64,000 nt of DNA. Origin: Spirochaetia bacterium (GTDB lineage: Bacteria > Spirochaetota > Spirochaetia > UBA9216). Positions 19,906 through 29,154 of this stretch are shown one piece after another. The translations under genes and the position numbers were made by a program. The DNA lies in the NCBI GenBank assembly GCA_963675665.1, contig OY776510.1, positions 1,216,001 to 1,280,000 on the forward strand, read 5' to 3'. The notes beneath the pieces were generated by a model, which searched no databases, had not been told where the DNA came from, and was given only the letters and a program-made list of their open reading frames with translations. Within the stretch, counting starts at the first letter, position 1. Every line of letters begins with the position of its first letter.

Positions 19906-20331
19906 TTATCTGCAGAACACCTTGATGGCGGCATCTTCGGTGTCGATGTCGACAGAAAGCTCTTCAAGGGCCGTCATCAGTTCCTGAATGTTTTCGGGTT
20001 TCATGTCGTTAAGGTTGAAATTAATACCTTTTTCATTCATTGATGAGTTTATCTTGTCCTGCGCATCCTGCGGGATAAGACCGGCAACATTCAAGCCTGC
20101 TTTAAGAAGACCGAACGGGACCTTTACCGAAACCTTGTCGGAGCTTTTCCCTTCTTTGGGTTCAACCTGGACGTAGAGATTTTTATTCTCCATTGAATCC
20201 AGAAAGGATTTGCCTGTTTCGGTTTTTGGCGGGTTCTGTTTGTCAACTGCGTTAAGCAGTTTTTCAGCTTCTTCCGGGGAAATTTTTCCCTCTGAAAGCA
20301 TTGTCAATATTCTCTTTTTTTCGTCAGCCAT
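19906..20331 (-). CDS. SHOCT-like domain protein (DUF2089-associated)
   Basis: N-terminal EKKRILTMLSEGKISPEEAEKLL motif. Confidence 0.75.
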   Translation of the reverse strand: MADEKKRILTMLSEGKISPEEAEKLLNAVDKQNPPKTETGKSFLDSMENKNLYVQVEPKEGKSSDKVSVKVPFGLLKAGLNVAGLIPQDAQDKINSSMNEKGINFNLNDMKPENIQELMTALEELSVDIDTEDAAIKVFCR

Positions 20332-20345
20332 TATTTATACTCCAA

Positions 20346-20618
20346 TCATTTTATAAAAAACATAACATCGGCATCATTCGAATGAACTTCTACCTCGGTT
20401 CCTTTCGCTGCGTACAGCAGCGAAGGCGCATGAAACAGAAGCCTCATATATGTACGAACCTCTTTCGTCTGCTGTGGTGATGCAAGCATGATCGCATAAA
20501 CAATCGTTGCCATAACAAATACCGGAAGCAGAAGCAGGTAAAGCAGGATTAACGGGAAATAAAATCCGAATGATGCATCTTTGCTCTTTACCCTGATTCT
20601 AAGAATCATTGGTAACAT
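20346..20618 (-). CDS. Small membrane protein
   Basis: AGGAGG SD; hydrophobic segment FPLILLYLLLLPVFVMATIVYAIM. Confidence 0.7.
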   Translation of the reverse strand: MLPMILRIRVKSKDASFGFYFPLILLYLLLLPVFVMATIVYAIMLASPQQTKEVRTYMRLLFHAPSLLYAAKGTEVEVHSNDADVMFFIK

Positions 20619-20640
20619 CTTTTCCTCCTATGGAAACATC

Positions 20641-20722
20641 CTGCCATGAACTGCGAAGTAACACCCAAGGTTCGGCAGGTTACAGAGGTGAAGTTTGATG
20701 AGCACTGCTTATCAAACTTCAA
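20641..20722. repeat. Structured intergenic element, copy 1 (similar to 21923-22003)
   Basis: ctgcc...ggcag branched stem followed by the hairpin tgaagtttgatgag-cactg-cttatcaaacttca. Confidence 0.8.
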
Positions 20723-20749
20723 CATAAATCAGGACAGAATTGTTCCGAT

Positions 20750-21115
20750 TTATTCCATTTCCTTCAGGGCGTCGGATACGTCTATCTCGCCCTGTTCAAG
20801 TTTATCCAGGATACTTGATACCGATTGCCTTATGTCAACTTCGACATCAACTATATCTATCTGTTTTGCAATGGAATTTAACCTGTTTTTTACAGTAGGG
20901 TAGCTGATTCCGAATATCGTTTCCATTTGTTTTATGGATCCGTGGGTTTTTAAAAAAGCGGCTGCAAACAGCTGATCTTCCATGCTGAGCTCAGCAAGCG
21001 GCGGGAGTTGAAAGTTTCCTTCGATGTCGATGTGATCTTCAGGAATGTGCACTTTACTTATAAGGAACTTCTTTCCGCCTGCCATGGTGATCAGTTTTTT
21101 CCAGCTATGGTACAT
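20750..21115 (-). CDS. DUF2089-family HTH protein
   Basis: GSIKQMETIFGISYPTVKNRL and the C-terminal ILDKLEQGEIDVSDAL; SD before the ATG at 21115. Confidence 0.85.
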   Translation of the reverse strand: MYHSWKKLITMAGGKKFLISKVHIPEDHIDIEGNFQLPPLAELSMEDQLFAAAFLKTHGSIKQMETIFGISYPTVKNRLNSIAKQIDIVDVEVDIRQSVSSILDKLEQGEIDVSDALKEME

Positions 21116-21135
21116 AAATATCCTCCGATATTGAC

Positions 21136-21164
21136 AATGTACCACCGGCAGCCGGATAAATCAA
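21136..21164 (-). promoter_or_regulatory. Sigma70-type promoter for the DUF2089 operon
   Basis: Minus strand reads TTGATT-17 nt-TACATT with an extended TG. Confidence 0.55.
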
Positions 21165-21193
21165 GAGCAAAATTAAAAAAATAAATAAAAATA

Positions 21194-21226
21194 CGCAATA
21201 TTATTAATTAAATTAATAATATTGCG
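21194..21226 (-). terminator. AT-rich perfect inverted repeat after the peroxiredoxin gene (terminator or operator)
   Basis: 16-bp arms cgcaatattattaatt-a-aattaataatattgcg followed by a T-rich tract on the minus strand. Confidence 0.55.
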
Positions 21227-21255
21227 CTAAATAATGATTAAAACTTAGTTTTGGC

Positions 21256-21903
21256 TTATAGCTCCCTGTGACAGAACCACCAGTCATAGCCGTCATATTT
21301 ACTCAGGCGTTCAGAAGCATCTTTCTGATTGTTCGGCGGCGGAATAATTACCCTGTCGCCGATAAGCCCGTTTTCCGGCCAGTTTGCCGGGCAGGCAACC
21401 TTGTTCTTGTCGGATACCTGTAATGCTTTAACCGCACGGACCACCTCGTCCATATTTCTTCCTATTTCCTGCGGGTAGTACAGGACAAGCCTTACCTTTC
21501 CTTCCGGGTCGCCGATGAATACCGCACGAACGGTGTTTGTGCCTTTTCCGGGATGCAGCATTCCGAGCTTGTTTGCAATGGTGTCGTTTGCCGCAACTAC
21601 GGGAAATGTTATCTCAACGTCCAGTTTTTCTTTAATCCATTCGATCCATTTAATATGGCTGAAAACCTGATCTACCGACATTCCGATCAGCTTTACGCCC
21701 ATCTCGTCAAATTCCTTCATCTTTTCCTGAAAACCGACAAACTCGGTTGTGCATACAGGGGTGAAGTCGGCCGGATGGCTGAAGACTACAAACCAGCTTC
21801 CTTTAAGATCGCCCGGCAGGCTCATTGGTCCGTGTGTGGTTGATACGTCCATCCGGGGGAAGTCGTCTCCCAGAAGGGGCATATTAATTTTGTTTTCTTC
21901 CAT
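21256..21903 (-). CDS. Peroxiredoxin (Prx6/archaeal TDXH-like)
   Basis: [29 protein letters not shown] and the C-terminal DWWFC. Confidence 0.93.
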   Translation of the reverse strand: MEENKINMPLLGDDFPRMDVSTTHGPMSLPGDLKGSWFVVFSHPADFTPVCTTEFVGFQEKMKEFDEMGVKLIGMSVDQVFSHIKWIEWIKEKLDVEITFPVVAANDTIANKLGMLHPGKGTNTVRAVFIGDPEGKVRLVLYYPQEIGRNMDEVVRAVKALQVSDKNKVACPANWPENGLIGDRVIIPPPNNQKDASERLSKYDGYDWWFCHREL

Positions 21904-21922
21904 GTCTTACTCCTATAACTTT

Positions 21923-22003
21923 TCACCATGGACTACGAAGTAGCACCAAAGGTATGGTGTTTTGTGTGATGAAGTTTAATGAGCAATACTTATCAAACTT
22001 CAA
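21923..22003. repeat. Structured intergenic element, copy 2 (in the peroxiredoxin leader)
   Basis: cacca...tggtg branched stem followed by the hairpin tgaagtttaatgag-caata-cttatcaaacttca; aligns to 20641-20722. Confidence 0.8.
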
Positions 22004-22032
22004 AACTTTATTTGTTTTACACCTTCATATAA

Positions 22033-22049
22033 AGCATTATCCGTGCCAA
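22033..22049 (-). promoter_or_regulatory. Sigma54 (-24/-12) promoter for the peroxiredoxin
   Basis: Minus strand reads TTGGCACGGATAATGCT, matching TGGCAC-N5-(T/A)TGC; a divergent bEBP gene is adjacent. Confidence 0.85.
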
Positions 22050-22133
22050 ATTATATTATTGAAACCTAAGTTGTTTGTGGGTAAAGATCTATCATGTGTT
22101 TATCCGTTTCGTTAAAATTTTAATATTGTTCTG

Positions 22134-22190
22134 CACCGAAATATCGGTTATAATACAGCTAAATATCGGTGTTACACCGAAATGTCGGTG
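22134..22190. promoter_or_regulatory. Three palindromic enhancer-like sites, CACCGA-N4-TCGGTG
   Basis: caccgaaatatcggtt (22134), cagctaaatatcggtg (22156) and caccgaaatgtcggtg (22175), about 85-140 bp upstream of the sigma54 promoter. Confidence 0.75.
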
Positions 22191-22214
22191 GGAGAAAAAG
22201 TGACAAACTATTTT

Positions 22215-23672
22215 ATGAATCCCCTTAAAGCGGAAGAATTTCTGGACCTGATACTGAAAGCTCTCAGTGATCTGGTGGATTATGAGCTTGCAGTAATACT
22301 GAAGATGCAAAGTTCGACCGTTCTTGCTGTGCAGAAGGCCAGGGGGCGACTTTTACCGGAAAAGCTGTCGGATTATAGTATTTCGCTTAATGAGCGCAGT
22401 GATATTGCATTGCTTATGAAGGGAAACGAACCTTACCTCTTCCGTGAGGATGAAGAACATGAAGACACATACGCTGAAATTCTCGATCTGCCTGAGGGCC
22501 ATTCCTGCCTTGTTTCTCCACTGAAATTTCATGATCAGCTGATCGGTATGCTTACGCTGGATCATACTGCCTGTAATATGTTTTCGCCTGAAATTGTTAA
22601 ATTTGTCGGCACAATCTCAAAGCTTATTTCAATAATACTTGTTCAGAGTGATTCGTCCGCAATGATGATTGAACAGCAGAAGGTTTTAACTGAAGAAAGG
22701 AATTTGCTGCTTTCGACAGATTCGGTAAAATTTGCAAGAGTCATCGGTCAGTCCCGCGAATGGAAGAATGTATTGGAATCAGTACGAATGGTAGCCGGTT
22801 CGGATGTTTCTGTTTTACTTCAGGGTGATACGGGAACAGGCAAGGAAGAAATAGCCCGGCTCATCCACAGCCTCAGTCCGAGGGACAGCGAGCCTTTTGT
22901 GGCGGTGAACTGTTCAACCCTTACTCCTTCTCTTGCCGAAAGTGCATTATTCGGGCATGAAAAGGGGGCGTTCACAGATGCCTACACCCGCAGAAAGGGA
23001 CAGTTCGAACTTGCCGACGGGGGAACGTTGTTTCTTGACGAGATAGGCGATATGCCGCTTGAGATACAGCCGAAGCTTCTGCGGGCGATACAGGAAGGAA
23101 GTTTTGAGCGTGTAGGCGGAGAACAGGAAATCAAGTGCGATGTGCGGATTATAGCGGCAAGCCATATTGATCTGCATGAAGCGATAAAAAGTAAAACATT
23201 CAGAGAAGACCTGTTTTATCGTATCGGGGTGTTTCCGATCAGGCTGCCTGCGCTCAGGGAACGTGAGAATGATGTGATTCTGCTTGCCGAGCATTTTTTA
23301 AAAACAATGGACGGAGGAAAATACGGTAACCTGCTGCAATTTGCACCTTCGGCTGTTGAGTACCTGCTTGAGCATCGCTGGCCGGGAAATGTTCGTGAGC
23401 TTCAGAATTCTGTAAAACGTGCCGCCCTGCTGGCCGGAAACGGGTTAATTGAACGAAAAGATCTCAGCCAGGATTATAATATACTGCGGGTCGGGATTAT
23501 AGATGACTCCGAACCTGAATCGTTTTCTTCTCTGGATGAAGCGATAAAGAAACATATTGAAAAGGCCCTGGTTTTTTCAGGCGGAAAGATATACGGGGAG
23601 AGCGGAGCTGCCGGGCTTCTCGGAATGAAACCCTCGACCCTGCAGAGCCGTATGAAAAAACTTGGAATATGA
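22215..23672 (+). CDS. Sigma54-dependent activator (GAF-AAA+-HTH), NorR-like
   Basis: GDTGTGKE, ESALFGHEKGAFTDA, FLDEIGD and WPGNVREL; the GAF carries EDTY...HSCL...LTLDH. The start could be 22182 or 22215. Confidence 0.9.
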   Translation: MNPLKAEEFLDLILKALSDLVDYELAVILKMQSSTVLAVQKARGRLLPEKLSDYSISLNERSDIALLMKGNEPYLFREDEEHEDTYAEILDLPEGHSCLVSPLKFHDQLIGMLTLDHTACNMFSPEIVKFVGTISKLISIILVQSDSSAMMIEQQKVLTEERNLLLSTDSVKFARVIGQSREWKNVLESVRMVAGSDVSVLLQGDTGTGKEEIARLIHSLSPRDSEPFVAVNCSTLTPSLAESALFGHEKGAFTDAYTRRKGQFELADGGTLFLDEIGDMPLEIQPKLLRAIQEGSFERVGGEQEIKCDVRIIAASHIDLHEAIKSKTFREDLFYRIGVFPIRLPALRERENDVILLAEHFLKTMDGGKYGNLLQFAPSAVEYLLEHRWPGNVRELQNSVKRAALLAGNGLIERKDLSQDYNILRVGIIDDSEPESFSSLDEAIKKHIEKALVFSGGKIYGESGAAGLLGMKPSTLQSRMKKLGI

Positions 23673-23749
23673 ACGGAGATCTTTGCAGATAAATATTGCT
23701 TTTACTGTTTTATTTGCTAAAATTAAATAAAGGACAAGGAGAGTTCGAT

Positions 23750-23911
23750 ATGCAGAAAGAAATTACCATAAAGGAATTCACGGCAGAGCTAGTTGATAGA
23801 ATCGACAGGGAAAAGGGTATAGACTGCTGTAAAGAAGAAATCAAACGTTTTGCCGAAATGGCTTCGGTAAAGATGCCCGATGAGAAGATCCTGGTAACCT
23901 GGAAAGATTAA
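23750..23911 (+). CDS. Small hypothetical protein (53 aa, CC motif)
   Basis: AAGGAG SD before the ATG at 23750; a TTGCTT/TAAAAT promoter-like pair lies upstream. Confidence 0.65.
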   Translation: MQKEITIKEFTAELVDRIDREKGIDCCKEEIKRFAEMASVKMPDEKILVTWKD

Positions 23912-23941
23912 GCTGAAGGTGATTTAAACTCCGGCTTTCCG

Positions 23942-25735
23942 TCAGAGTTTAAATCTTTTAATTTCCTCTTTCATTTCCCCGGCATTTATGCTCAACAGTT
24001 CCACTGTTTGAACAAGCTGTAACATGGAATTACGGATGTCGTCGCTCAGAGTTCCCGTCCGGTTCTCAAGCTCTTCCATTATGCTGATTGCCTCAAGGCT
24101 TGAATCAACAACCCGGTTGAGGTTCTGCTGCTGGTTCGCGATGTCATCTGAGCTGTCTTTTACGCTTTCAGTGACTTCCTGAACTTCATTTATTGCTTTC
24201 ATTATTTCTTTGCTGCCGATAGTCAGTTCTTCGGTACTGGAGGCTATTCCGTAGAGTCCGTCAGCGACGTTGTTTACCGCACTTGCAATCCTGGTAAAGG
24301 CCTCTTTTGAAGATTGGCCGGAAGCTTCAGTTTTCATAATTGTTGCAGTTATCATTTTTATTGAATCGCTTATCTGTTTTGATTCGGCTGATGATGTTTC
24401 TGCAAGATTTCTGATTTCTTCAGCTACAACGGCAAACCCCTTTCCTGCTTCGCCCGCATGAGCAGCTTCAATCGCGGCGTTCATTGACAGCAGATTGGTC
24501 TGTGAGGCAATATCCTCAATCATCTGGGCGAATTCCTGGATCTGATCAACAAGGTTTCTGATTGAGGTTATCTGTTCGGTTGTTTCTCCGATTGTGGCGT
24601 CTCCGCTTTTGGAAAGTTCCACAAGTTCGGTTGTCAGTTTTTGCCTGTCCTGAACAACCCTGTTAACGCTTTCAAGCGACGCAAGCATTTCTGTTATTCC
24701 CGCTGAGGATTCTTCTACTATGGCGGAAAGCTGCGCTATGCTGTTTTTAAAATCATCCAGCCTTGTATCGATTACGCCTGTGTATTCTTTTGTGCTTTCG
24801 ATTTCGCGGCTGGTAACTACAAGCTGTTCCTTGCTGGCTGAGACCGATTTGGAAATTGTATCAGTCGCTTTCATTGTGCGGTCTGATACTTCTGAAAGCG
24901 CATTGCTGTTTTTCTCGGTGCCTATTGAAACCTCCCGGGTTTTACTGATTATTTCGGAGAGGTTTTCCATAAAGAGGTTGAAATTGCCGGCAATGGTCCC
25001 AAGCTCGTCATTACGCTTTATCTTTATCCGGTGAGTTAGATCACCACTGCCCTTTGATATTATTTCAACCGCTTTATCTAGCCTTTTTACCGGCCTGATG
25101 ATGAATTTGAAATTCCAGAACATCAGGATAGCCAGGATGGCTATGTTCAACAGTCCCATAAGAATTATAAGCTGTATTTTTGTTCTGTTATTTTCCGCTA
25201 TCTGTCCGGAGATGTCCTGAATGAAAATATAAAAACCAACAATCTCATTGCGAAAATCATGTATCGGGATATAGCTTGTCATATAATTATCTTTTCTTGC
25301 ATAAATTTTTCCGCCGCTGCTTTTGGCTTCTTTAATTATTTCTTTTGAAACAAGATTCTGAGGGTCAATCCAGTCTGAAGAAACATAGGAGATCATCTGA
25401 GATCCGATCTCGCCCATGTTGTAATATTCATTCAAATCGTCTTCAAAAATAATCTTCAGAAGCTGTTCTCTGTCGGCAAGAAGTACCATTCCTGTTTTTG
25501 TATTGTCAAGTTTCATCATCTCGAGAAGCGCCTGGGGCTGAAAATACATTTCAACCGAGCCGGCTGTGCCTTTTTGCGTTTTTATGGGATGAACCCCCCT
25601 TATAACCATTCCCCCTTTTCCGAGCTCAATGCCCCGGATAGGTTTTCCGGTTGAAATTACTTCGTTGACCGTATGTCTGAATGAGCTCAGATCATCTCCG
25701 GCCTTGTCGGTCCAGGTTCTGTAAAGGCTTCGCAA
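23942..25735 (-). pseudogene. Methyl-accepting chemotaxis protein, apparently 5'-truncated (no TM1, partial Cache domain)
   Basis: The ORF starts inside a Cache-type motif (RSLYRTW...GDDLSSFR) with a TAA two codons upstream. It has one TM, a HAMP and the MCP signature [27 protein letters not shown]. Confidence 0.65.
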
Positions 25736-25762
25736 GTCTTATCTGTTTTGTTATAATACGCA

Positions 25763-26380
25763 ATGATTTTTGAACCGTATTTGAAAGGACTTGCGGCCGG
25801 GGCCGGATTGATAATTGCTATAGGAGCACAGAACGCATTTGTTCTGAGCCAGGGAATCAGACGAAAATATAATCTTATTATTCCGCTGATATGCAGTCTT
25901 TCCGACGCTGTTCTGATATCGGCCGGGGTTCTGGGGGTCGGCGGCTTTTTTTCCTCAAATCCCGGACTGATTAAATGGGCATCCTGGGGCGGGGCGATTT
26001 TTCTGACCTTTTACGGAATCAGAAGCCTAATCTCTGCGTTCGGAAAAAACTCGATGGATGCTGAAGATTCGGGTCCGTTATCGTTAAAAGCCGCAGTTAT
26101 TACAACCCTGGCTGTTACTTTGCTTAATCCGCATGTTTACCTGGATACGGTTGTACTGCTTGGAAGTATAAGCTCAAGTTTTCCCGGAAGCGGGCGTTAT
26201 CTGTTCGGGGCGGGTGCTGTTTCAGCATCCTTTATCTGGTTTTTTCTGCTCAGTTTGGGAGGCAGAAGGCTTTCGCCCTTTTTCCGGAAGCCTGTTTCCT
26301 GGAAGATTCTTGATCTGGGAATTGCGGTTGTAATGTTTTTTATAGCGTTCTCTCTTGTCAGGGGAAGCCTCAATCTGTAA
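25763..26380 (+). CDS. LysE/ArgO family amino acid exporter
   Basis: IIAIGAQNAFVL and TLLNPHVYLDTV motifs. Confidence 0.92.
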   Translation: MIFEPYLKGLAAGAGLIIAIGAQNAFVLSQGIRRKYNLIIPLICSLSDAVLISAGVLGVGGFFSSNPGLIKWASWGGAIFLTFYGIRSLISAFGKNSMDAEDSGPLSLKAAVITTLAVTLLNPHVYLDTVVLLGSISSSFPGSGRYLFGAGAVSASFIWFFLLSLGGRRLSPFFRKPVSWKILDLGIAVVMFFIAFSLVRGSLNL

Positions 26381-26383
26381 AAC

Positions 26384-27898
26384 TCAGTCTGTGGGTTGTG
26401 TTGAAGCTTTTTGAATCCGGTCGTTTACAGCCTTTCCGAGCCCCTTTTCAGGAAGCCGGTATGCTACGATCTTCTTTAACCCGAGTTTATCAAGTCTGCG
26501 CATTGCAGCATAAAGGTTGACAGCAGCCTCTTCGGTGCTTCCCCGGGGGCTCAGTACTTCGACTGGTCCCGCGCTTGTGATTTTCACTGTTTTAAATAAC
26601 AGCAGTCCTGTTTCGGGATCATTATTCGACTCAACATCTCCTTCTTTCAGAATAAACGGAGTCCGGGGAGAGTAGTGGCTGGCAAGGAGGCCTGGGCTTT
26701 CAAGGTTTTTCAGCTGCGGTTTTTCCGCAGGATAAACCGGGCCTGTAATTTTCTCTATTTCCTCAACCGAAAGGCCGCCGGGCCGCAGAAGAACGGGATG
26801 TTCATGCACAAGCGACAGAACTGTTGACTCGACGCCTACGCGGCTTGCGCCGCCGTCAATAATCTTATAGCCGTATTCTCCGAGCTGTTCGGTTACATGA
26901 ACAGCGGTTGTAGGGCTGGTTTTTCCAAAGGCGTTTGCGCTTGGCGCAGCTATCGGGGTCCCTGCTTTTCTGATTAGTTCGATTGCCATCGGGTGGGCCG
27001 GCATCCGTACTGCAACCGTAGGGTTTCCTCCGGTAACAATATCGGGAACAGCCCCCAGTTTTTTGAAAACCAGGGTCAGAGGGCCCGGCCAGAATGCCTT
27101 TATAAGTTTTCGGGCTGTCCCGCTTATTTCACCGGTCAGCATGCCGAGCATTTCCATTCCCGATATATGTGCAATCAAAGGGTTAAACAGCGGCCGGCCT
27201 TTAAGTTCGAATATACGGGCAACCGCTTCCGGGTTGAACACATCGGCGCCCAGACCGTATACGGTTTCGGTCGGAAAAGCAACTATGCCGCCGCTTCTGA
27301 GAAAATCGGCTCCATCGTCAACATCGCAGTAATTTATGCCTTCGGCAGTGCCGGTTTGAGCTGTTTCGGACAGAATCCGCGCTGCTGCATCAGTCAGGTT
27401 ATGGAAGACGGGAACTTCCTGCGGCAATTCGCCGATATGGCCGGCGCCGTGCCCTGTCAGAACATAGAGTCCCCTTGCCCCGCCGTTGGCCGCGAATTCA
27501 ATATCGTGCGGATGATCGCCGATTACCCATGATGCAGTCAAATCCAGGCTGTATTCTGCAGCCGCTTTATGAAGAAAATAGGGTTTCGGTTTCTTGCAGT
27601 CGCAGTTGTCGGAAGTCTCATGCGGACAGACATACCATTCTTTTATGATTATTCCATTGTCACGAAGAACAGAATCGATATATTTATTTACAGTATGAAC
27701 TTCCTTTCCGGTGACAAGTCCTTTTCCAATGCCGCTCTGGTTGGTTACTACAAAAAGTTCATAATCATTCTGCAGGTGTTTGAGAGTTTCAAATGTATCA
27801 TCAAAAAATTCAACGGCATCAGGATTTCCTATATACCCGGAATCCTGAATAATTGTGCCGTCTCGATCGAGAAAAACAGCTTTCTTTATTCCTGACAT
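26384..27898 (-). CDS. Fusion of a GmhB-like HAD-IIIA phosphatase and Sua5/TsaC2 threonylcarbamoyl-AMP synthase
   Basis: N-terminal FLDRDGT, VTNQSG, CPH...CDCKKP and IGD; C-terminal VAFPTETVYGLGA, APSAN and SPG..ASHYSP. Confidence 0.88.
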   Translation of the reverse strand: MSGIKKAVFLDRDGTIIQDSGYIGNPDAVEFFDDTFETLKHLQNDYELFVVTNQSGIGKGLVTGKEVHTVNKYIDSVLRDNGIIIKEWYVCPHETSDNCDCKKPKPYFLHKAAAEYSLDLTASWVIGDHPHDIEFAANGGARGLYVLTGHGAGHIGELPQEVPVFHNLTDAAARILSETAQTGTAEGINYCDVDDGADFLRSGGIVAFPTETVYGLGADVFNPEAVARIFELKGRPLFNPLIAHISGMEMLGMLTGEISGTARKLIKAFWPGPLTLVFKKLGAVPDIVTGGNPTVAVRMPAHPMAIELIRKAGTPIAAPSANAFGKTSPTTAVHVTEQLGEYGYKIIDGGASRVGVESTVLSLVHEHPVLLRPGGLSVEEIEKITGPVYPAEKPQLKNLESPGLLASHYSPRTPFILKEGDVESNNDPETGLLLFKTVKITSAGPVEVLSPRGSTEEAAVNLYAAMRRLDKLGLKKIVAYRLPEKGLGKAVNDRIQKASTQPTD

Positions 27899-27929
27899 GA
27901 GTTATTCATATGATCCTGAGAAGAAAAAA

Positions 27930-29081
27930 TCAAGGTGCCGGCCTGTTGTTTGAAGCCCTCAGAACGGTAAATCTGGTATCGTGCAGAACGGTACGGGTAT
28001 CGGAAAAATATTTTTTTAAGTGTTTATGGTAACCAAGATGATTATTGCCGACTATCTGAAGGATTCCGCCCGGCTTCAGAACCCTGCGGGCTTCGCTGAA
28101 CATGAATTCTGCGGGTTCAATTGTCTGGATGTTCTGAAAGTGGAAAGGGGGGTTGCACAGTACCAGATCCAGGCTGTTGTCGGTTATTCCTTCAAGCCCG
28201 TTTGTTACTCGAAATTCCGCCCTCGTGTCGAATCCGTTGAGTTCGGAATTCACAGAAGCCGCCTGGACTGCAAGGTAAGATTCGTCGTAAAAAAATATTT
28301 TTGCTTCAGGGTTCAGCTGTGCCGCGCAAAGCCCGAAAATACCTGATCCGCAGCCGAGGTCGGCAATTCTTTCAGCGCTTTTTACTTCCTGTTCCGGGAA
28401 AGCCCCGAGAAAGGCCGCAGTTCCGGGGTCGATGGCCGCGGAAGAAAAGACTGCCGGTGAGCTGCACAATTTTACCGCGTATTTTTCAAGCGTCCAGACA
28501 CGGCTGTCGGGCCTGGGGTGCGGGCTGGTTTTACCCCGGGAAGGTTTTGTACATTGAATCCATCTTGAGTGGCGTTCAAACGGAAATATCTCTGATACAA
28601 GAAGGAATTGCTCCATGAGCTTTCCGACGCTTTTATTCCAGCGTCTGTCCATTCCGCCAAGCCATATTTCTGTGCCGGCTGAGGCATATTCAAGCGAAAG
28701 ACGAACGTATATTTCGAGAAGTTCAAGGCTTTTGGGCAGCCGAATGAAAATTATGTCAGCAGCAGAAGAATTCCCTGTGCGCGAAGAAGTGGTACCGGTT
28801 TTTTCAAGCCTGCCGACAGCTGTTTCAGGGTTAAGCCTGCGGTTTTTTTCCAGGGCATTCAGCGATAAAAACGAGTCGTTCAGCGCGGTAATGTCTGATT
28901 TTCCCCAGGTCGTACCGAGCACGCCGAAAGCTTCTCCGGCTATAAGTATATTGGCCGGGGGGGCGGGAAACCGTCGCAGTATCCATTCGTCGGCTGCATC
29001 CCATGCCTGGTGGCTTTTGTCGCCCGGAAACGGGAAGCGTTCAAGGTTTAATTTTCCTGCGGGGCTTTCCCATGTTTTCAT
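27930..29081 (-). CDS. rlmG: 23S rRNA m2G1835 methyltransferase (RlmG-like)
   Basis: QAWDAADE, NDSFLS, DLGCGSG, DESYLAV, CNPPFH and IVGNNHLGYH; alternative start at 29120. Confidence 0.8.
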   Translation of the reverse strand: MKTWESPAGKLNLERFPFPGDKSHQAWDAADEWILRRFPAPPANILIAGEAFGVLGTTWGKSDITALNDSFLSLNALEKNRRLNPETAVGRLEKTGTTSSRTGNSSAADIIFIRLPKSLELLEIYVRLSLEYASAGTEIWLGGMDRRWNKSVGKLMEQFLLVSEIFPFERHSRWIQCTKPSRGKTSPHPRPDSRVWTLEKYAVKLCSSPAVFSSAAIDPGTAAFLGAFPEQEVKSAERIADLGCGSGIFGLCAAQLNPEAKIFFYDESYLAVQAASVNSELNGFDTRAEFRVTNGLEGITDNSLDLVLCNPPFHFQNIQTIEPAEFMFSEARRVLKPGGILQIVGNNHLGYHKHLKKYFSDTRTVLHDTRFTVLRASNNRPAP

Positions 29082-29154
29082 GACCGAATCATACAGCATT
29101 TTTCCGGCTGTGTCGCCCATTGAGCGTAAAGCTGCTTCCTGCTATTATATATTC

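Noticed and set aside
20646-20903. 85-aa + strand ORF crossing the structured element
   Set aside because: The equivalent frame in copy 2 stops after 13 codons, and the ORF overlaps DUF2089 on the opposite strand; the conservation fits structure rather than coding.
20641-22003. Integron attC sites or hammerhead ribozyme as an explanation of the duplicated element
   Set aside because: No RYYYAAC/GTTRRRY boxes in both copies, no integrase in the window, and no CUGANGA...GAAA core.
28615-29154. Long N-terminal extension of the Gfo/Idh/MocA ORF
   Set aside because: It overlaps rlmG antisense, and homology begins at about 29155.
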